A DNA stretch of 63,928 nucleotides, the filler included, from Collodictyon triciliatum (taxonomy: Eukaryota): the NCBI GenBank assembly GCA_043381765.1. It is 7 parts of 7 records of this genome, joined end to end, with 100 filler letters (N's around TTAATTAATTAA, not from the genome) between each part and the next. Parts side by side here need not be neighbours in the genome. Positions count along the whole stretch, not along the records: positions 50,103 to 60,007 come from JBHJMP010002854.1; positions 60,108 to 63,928 come from JBHJMP010002915.1; 5 more parts are not named here. One strand, 5' to 3'. Made by a program: the position numbers and the translations under genes. Position 1 is the first letter of the stretch; each line of letters starts with the position of its first letter. The notes under the pieces were generated by a model. The model was given only the letters and a program-made list of their open reading frames with translations. It searched no databases and was not told the origin of the DNA. Below, piece after piece: positions 54,801-63,928 of the stretch.

Positions 54801-56132
54801 GTGTATCATGCCAGAATGTGATTTATTCTACGGTACAAACTTGGCTTGCAATTTGGGTATTCTCGCTTCAACTGAGGCTTCCTTCTGGGCCTTGAAATCG
54901 ATAATTTCCTTCGAAAAAATAATAGTGTAAGTAAACAAACACGTGTTTATTGCATTCTTGAAAGATAAAGTACAGCGAATGCAAAGATACTACTATCTTA
55001 CGGGAAAAAAATAATGTGAGCAATCGGAATAAAAAAATGCAAATCAAACCAACACATCGGTAAGATAGTTATTCCAGTCCTTAATTTCGTCCGATGATAT
55101 TCCGCACAGGATGTATGTGTGCGATAAAGTATGAAGTTTTATTGCATGATTCGTCCGCCAACGACCACGCCTTATGGATACATTTGTCACATTCGTGAGT
55201 ATAAGATGAACATATGTTCTAGATTATACACATAGAACATGGCAACAATTGAACAGGCTCCAAGATGGGCTGTATTGAAATGGATTATATCTACAATGAT
55301 AAGCGATTGAGGGGTGAAAAAAAAAAACAAGAATTATATCCCACTCTTCACTGGTGGAAAGCTCTAGGCGCGCCCCAGCCAACTCGATTTGATAAATAGT
55401 GGGTCTCTGAGAGCATTAATTGAAATAAAAAATATGGGTGTTTTATAAATAGATAGTGTTCAAATGAAAAGAAATTATGTGAGATAATTGACCAAATAGG
55501 CGTTTGAGAGCTTCAATTAGCATAAATGGGACATACAGTATAGTATTCAGAATAGCTCAATATTTCGGATGATTTTAGCATGTTAAAATATACTGGATTT
55601 ACAACGAAGTCATGGGAATATGTATATTTATAAACTTCGTACACTGAAATTCTCGGAGCACAAAAACTTTGTCTCAGTGAGGCTAAACCATCTCCGCTTC
55701 CAGCTAGCAAACTTCCATCCCAGCTGCATCTTGTTGAGAACAGGGATATTGCGCTCTAATCATGATAAAGAAAAGAAGAATAAGTGCATCTTGCATTTCC
55801 TCATATGGAGCTATTTGTATATTTCTCAGGTATGGCTCTCGATGTATGCACATAATATAGCGATGAAAATAAAGTCAGAGACCCTCAAATAAGACAAATG
55901 CAATCATAGTGGTATGTTAGAAATCATTCAAAATCACAAGGTGATAAATATAAATAATGAAAGGGAGTCCAGACGGGGGAAGAAAAAAAAAGCAATCCAG
56001 GGGCAGCTTCTTTTGGGGCTTCGAATGTTCGAAACTTTATTGCTTGGATCGAATAATTAATCACTAGCACAAACCTTGGACATAGAGCCAACCCGAGTGG
56101 ATGATAACTTCGTTGGAACTGTTGGCACTCAT
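50320..56132 (-). CDS. Multi-PH-domain protein, multi-exon, probably 3' truncated
   Basis: PH-like motifs: VIIHSGWLYVQ...KFASWKRRWFSLTE...HTYILCGISSDEIKDWNNYL (56130-55060); ...TTTLYFSR...PEIASEWVRSL (52250-52020); LISGYLVV...LKRKYVK...TFILKTLSGSKTLIAPDRYTFAIWIHAL (51290-50460). Confidence 0.6.
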
Positions 56133-57133
56133 CACCTCTTTTCTGTGGTGGAGAAGGTCTCACTTTGCCATGCAAAAGGTTATTTTAATGTGTGTGTTTT
56201 ATTGTGTTTTATTGTGTTTTATTGTGTTTTATTGTGTTTTATTGTGTTTTATTGTGTTTTATTGTGTTTTATTGTGTTTTATTGTGTTTTATTGTGTTTT
56301 ATTTTTTCCACACTTCAGTTCGTCTGCAGATTTTGGTGCCGACTGATCACATCATCGCTTATTCTGGGCGCAGGCGATCAAAGAAATAAACCCGATAATG
56401 GCGAATCACAAAAACAGGTTTGGTGGTGATAATCTGATCAAATTGATAATTATGGAAAATAAAATATAACTGATATAAAAAAGTAAATACAATGATCCAG
56501 TCAAATCTGAAATTCAATTATATTACTTTGACATATTTTAGTATTATGAAAGAAGAGTATTCAAAGCTGCCTAACAGCCCACTTTTCGGTTGTACTTGCG
56601 GCAGTAACAATTACATCAAGCCCAAAAAAGTTTGTCCAAGTCTGGAAGATACAAGAAAACAAACGATGCTCACGCGGCGCGGTGGCACTTGAAAGGTCGT
56701 GGGGCTTCAAAAAAGGGAATAGCATCGCAAAGCAGTGAAAAAGAAAAAAAGCAGTGAAAAAAAAAAAAAAAGAATGATAAAGTGACAAAGAAAAGAACCG
56801 GTTTCTCACCAAAACAAAGAGCGGGTGAAAAGGCGCCCTAATTCCACACCTTGCTGCTTTGCAAGAGATCTTTAAGACTTGCTTGCGATCTTAAAGTCTT
56901 GAACGATGCGTTATACTCTTCCATGAATCGTTTGCGGCTCTGTTGAATACTTTCAAAAACAAACAACTCACGACGCGTTCGTAGACATGTGTCTGCTTTT
57001 CGGCTGATACATCGCCCATCTAACTTTTCGCGTGACTTTAAATCAAATATTGGTAGTGAGGAAAAAAAAAAAAAGAAAGAAGAAGCAACCTACTTGCGTA
57101 ATTAGTAACGACGTGAAATCAAGGACTAACAGA

Positions 57134-59770
57134 ATGAGCGGACTGGGCGACGGCAGGCTGAAGCCTGATTACGTAGAATCACGGGTGCCGTTTTCAGGAA
57201 ACGCCATAGCCTGCGATGAAAGCGGGACTTTTGCAGCAGTTGCAGGGTTTTTTTCTTTTTCTTTTTCTTTTTCTTTTTCTTTTTCTTTTTCTTTTTCTTT
57301 TTCTTTGCCTCTCTATTATTTCTTTTAAAAAAAAATGTGAGTAGCCGTTCAAAACTGTCGCCTTTTGCAATCAGCGAATAACTCAAGCTGATTCATGCCC
57401 TTCAGGTTGGCTGGAGTCGCTCTTATTTCACTGCAGAACGCACATCATTCGCCGCAGATATTAAAGTTTCCAACAGTCTGCGAGGAGGAGCCGCGCGCCA
57501 TCGATTGGAATCGTTCATCCCGGGCATTCTACCTTTGTGCAGTTTCAATGAACTCAGATGTATTTCTTTGGAACGTCGAGTCGTCTCCGCCTTCTGCAGT
57601 TTGCTTAATTTTTTTACTTTGTGTGATACATGGCATATAGTTCTCCTCTCTTTTTACAATGATCCTTTCTCATTTGTTTTTTTTGTTTTTTTTAGTAAAA
57701 TATCATAACTTCATAGTGCCTGTGTATAAAGTTTGTAAATATTTCTAAATGAGATGCAGAAATCACCCATCTGAATTGTTGTAATATTCAAACCCCCAGT
57801 CTTTTTTTTTCTTTCGAAAATCCGAATAACTGAATAATAGAAATGTGTAATACGTATCACAGAACCTGCGCCGTCATCACCACGGTGTTGTAACAGATTT
57901 AAACTGGAATTATATCGATTCAAATATTTTGTTGACCTGCTCAACGGACAAGACAATCAGGATTTGTGATATTCGCTCAGAAGATGAAGGGATCGTCATT
58001 TCGACAAATGGTATTTGCTCCCATCGAACAGACTTTCTCAGATGATCAATATTCCCAAATGCCCTCTTTCTATTTATTTTCTATTACTTTTTATCGTTTT
58101 CGGAAACATTGGCACGGCGGATATTATTATGTATTGGTTTGTTTGTCTTCATTTTTATTTATCAGACCTATTTTCCTTTTTTATATTTATCAATCTTCCT
58201 CTAGAGTGCCCATTATTATCAAGGTGGAATAAATTCAATAAACACGATTTTGCCACTGCACATAAAGGCGATGTTTACATATGGGACAAGCGGGTTAGTA
58301 AATATATTCAATTGTCAAAATAATTTTTTTTTTTTTTTAGAATTCACATTTTATTGTTGATATTTCATGTCATTGGGAGTATAGAAGCCAAATGCACATG
58401 TCAAGATGATAAAGGCACACTCTGGGTCTATTCAATCGCTCGACTGGTCTCCAACGCATCCAAAAGATATCGTCACGAGTGGAAGCGATAGCTGTCTCAA
58501 GTTCTGGGACGTGGACTCACGGCTCCAATTCAAAGGAAAAGTGTCAACATACCCCGCATTTAGGCTTGCAAAGTTTGCGGTAGTTAATCATATTCCTATT
58601 AACCAAGACCATTATCTGGGTTTATTGTAATTAAACCTATGTCATTATTTGATTGAAAAAGTGCACTAACAACTCAGCTTCTGTTGCATTTTTCTTAAAG
58701 TATTAATTTTTGTAGCCATTCGGTGATTGCGTTGTGTCCATTGCCAAAGAAGGAGATTATACAATGTCTGTATGGATGCCTCCATTGGAGGATTCTGTTG
58801 ATGTGTCCGGTAATAGTATGTTTTCAAATATCGAGAGCTCTATCCCTTTGTATACTTTCACAGGCAGTTCCTCCTCAATCCTCGATTTTTGTTGGAGACC
58901 CCCTGGGAAATCAGGTACGTTCTTTACATGAGCAGTGCTATGTTTTACTTTCTTCATTTTATTTTTATTTTTTGGTTTCTTTACAACAGTTTATTGAGAG
59001 AAAACAAAGCCGCGGAAACCGTCTACTTTCTTCATTTTATAAACTTTTTAAATTAAATATAACCATTTTTTTATCATTCGGCTATTGTGTTCAAATATAT
59101 TATGAAATTTGAAAGTTATGAAATAATCATACTCTCGCTCTCTTTTCAGACAGAGACATACAAATTGTATCATGGTCACGAGATTCTCGTTTATGTCTTT
59201 GGAATGTGGATCAGTCTATTTCGCAAGTATACCATGCTAAAAATTGGTTTATTTAATATTAAATGTTATGAATGATTGTAAATATTTCCTTTATATAGGT
59301 CATTATTGAGCAAGCATTAAGCAAAACTAGCAAAGCACCAAATAAATCGCTCCCATCTGCCTTAGCTGATGAGCATCTCCGTATGAATCGGTCGCACTCT
59401 GGGTCTCTTTATGGTGAGTTTTTATTCCATAGCACTGGTAGAAAATAAATATTATCAAATAAAATGGGGATTGAACACGAATTATAAAATGATGTTTTAA
59501 TAAAAATCTAATGAATATCAAAGAGACACCAAAGTCACTTGCGCAAGAATTGCGAAACATAGACCGATATAAACCGAACATTAAGATCGAAAAGGTTATT
59601 AATTATGTTCAGTACTTTTTTTTTTAAAAAAAAAAAACGAGAATAAGGCAATAGGAAACATATAACGTTAGGATATCAACTTTTTTTATTTACATATTTG
59701 ATTAAATATTTAGATAAGCCCCTGCGGAAATCAGATCACTGTTACAATTGTCAACCCTGTATATGACAAG
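57134..59770 (+). CDS. WDR59: WDR59/SEA3/MTC5-like GATOR2 subunit (WD40 repeats + start of RWD), 3' truncated
   Basis: VVTDLNWN...FVTCSTDKTIRICDIR; RWNKFNKHDFATAHKGDVYIWDKR; IKAHSGSIQSLDWSPTHPKDIVTSGSDSCLKFWDV; AKFAPFGD; ILDFCWR; QIVSWSRDSRLCLW; PKSLAQEL (RWD start). Confidence 0.85.
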
Positions 59771-60498
59771 GTATTTTGCATGTATCGCAAATAAAAAAAT
59801 ACATTACATATTACAATGAAAAAGGAACGAAACCCAAAGATATTGTCATATCTTTTTCTTGCTCCTTCGATTTGTTTCTGTTTCTGTCTCTGTTTTTTGT
59901 TTTTTTGTTTTTTTTGTTTTTTTGTTTTTTTGTTTTTTTGTTTTTTTGTTTTTTTGTTTTTTTGTTTTTTTGTTTTTTTGTTTTTTTTGTTTTTTTGTTT
60001 TTTTGTTNNNNNNNNNNNNNNNNNNNNNNNNNNNNNNNNNNNNNNNNNNNNTTAATTAATTAANNNNNNNNNNNNNNNNNNNNNNNNNNNNNNNNNNNNN
60101 NNNNNNNGGGGGGGGGGGGGGGGGAGGTTGTTTAGAAAAATCATGTCTTTGTAGCGACATATTCGATGCAAACGGGCAACTATACTGTGCAAAATTTGAA
60201 ATAATATTTTGACACTATCTAAGACAATTAATTATAATTGGTACTACACAATCTACCGAAGAAAAATTCAATATCAACATAAACTTATTAGATACTAGAA
60301 CAAAATGGAAGAATAACATCTCCTTTACTTCCAACTATGGAATACGCATACAATAGAGTACATTACAATGCATATACGCACATTTTTTTCATTATCATAC
60401 TTGATAGGAGGACATGGATTGGTTTGACTTTGAACATCTGTCGTGGTGTTTTATATGAGGAAAGAGAGTATGAAGAGAGATATTCATTAGGGAAAGAG

Positions 60499-63750
<3,252 letters not shown>

Positions 63751-63780
63751 AAACTTTTGAAAAGAAACCAAAAAAAAAAA

Positions 63781-63928
63781 ATCAGCCCGAATCCCTACAA
63801 ACCGGAGAAGATGAGTCGTTGGACCGAAACTATAGGCATTATGGACCCACTGATAGTCAAAAGCTGGAAGCAAGTCCGTATACCTCAGCTACTCCCGAAA
63901 CACCGCGCCCTACTTCTCAATATCTCCA
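63781..63928 (+). mobile_element. Second fragment of the same non-LTR retrotransposon family (runs off window end)
   Basis: Open frame KMSRWTETIGIMDPLIVKSWKQVRIPQLLPKHRALLLNIS; 63891-63928 matches the reverse complement of 44756-44793 at 36/38 nt. Confidence 0.7.

Noticed and set aside
49134-56132. One minus-strand gene spanning the 50003-50102 gap
   Set aside because: The gap is a concatenation linker; the two sides are unrelated scaffolds.
56195-56300. (ATTGTGTTTT)n array as a CRISPR or telomeric repeat
   Set aside because: Simple tandem decamer with no spacers, internal to a eukaryotic scaffold.

Overview
This is AT-rich, intron-dense eukaryotic DNA, probably from a flagellated protist because it carries an SPEF2 homolog. 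It is not one locus. Six artificial linkers (44 N + TTAATTAATTAA + 44 N) split it into pieces of 9926, 9922, 9921, 9920, 9913 and 9905 bp plus a partial seventh, which fits size-sorted short scaffolds concatenated together, so adjacency across linkers means nothing. Genes read from spliced exons: SPEF2 (3' part), PARN-like deadenylase, a secreted REJ/GAIN-GPS protein, RPC5/POLR3E, a C2HC zinc-finger protein, a CTD small phosphatase, two related HMG-box factors, a membrane class III cyclase with two catalytic domains, tRNA-Glu(CTC), an ankyrin-Rh ammonium transporter fusion, a multi-PH protein, WDR59 and a coiled-coil protein. The most interesting items are the two HMG-box paralogs sharing an IPNxFVWxP tail, a LINE family with one copy directly downstream of the tRNA gene, the ankyrin-Rh fusion, and a GPS motif followed by (SQ)n instead of a transmembrane helix. 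Exon boundaries were read by eye and are approximate unless stated.
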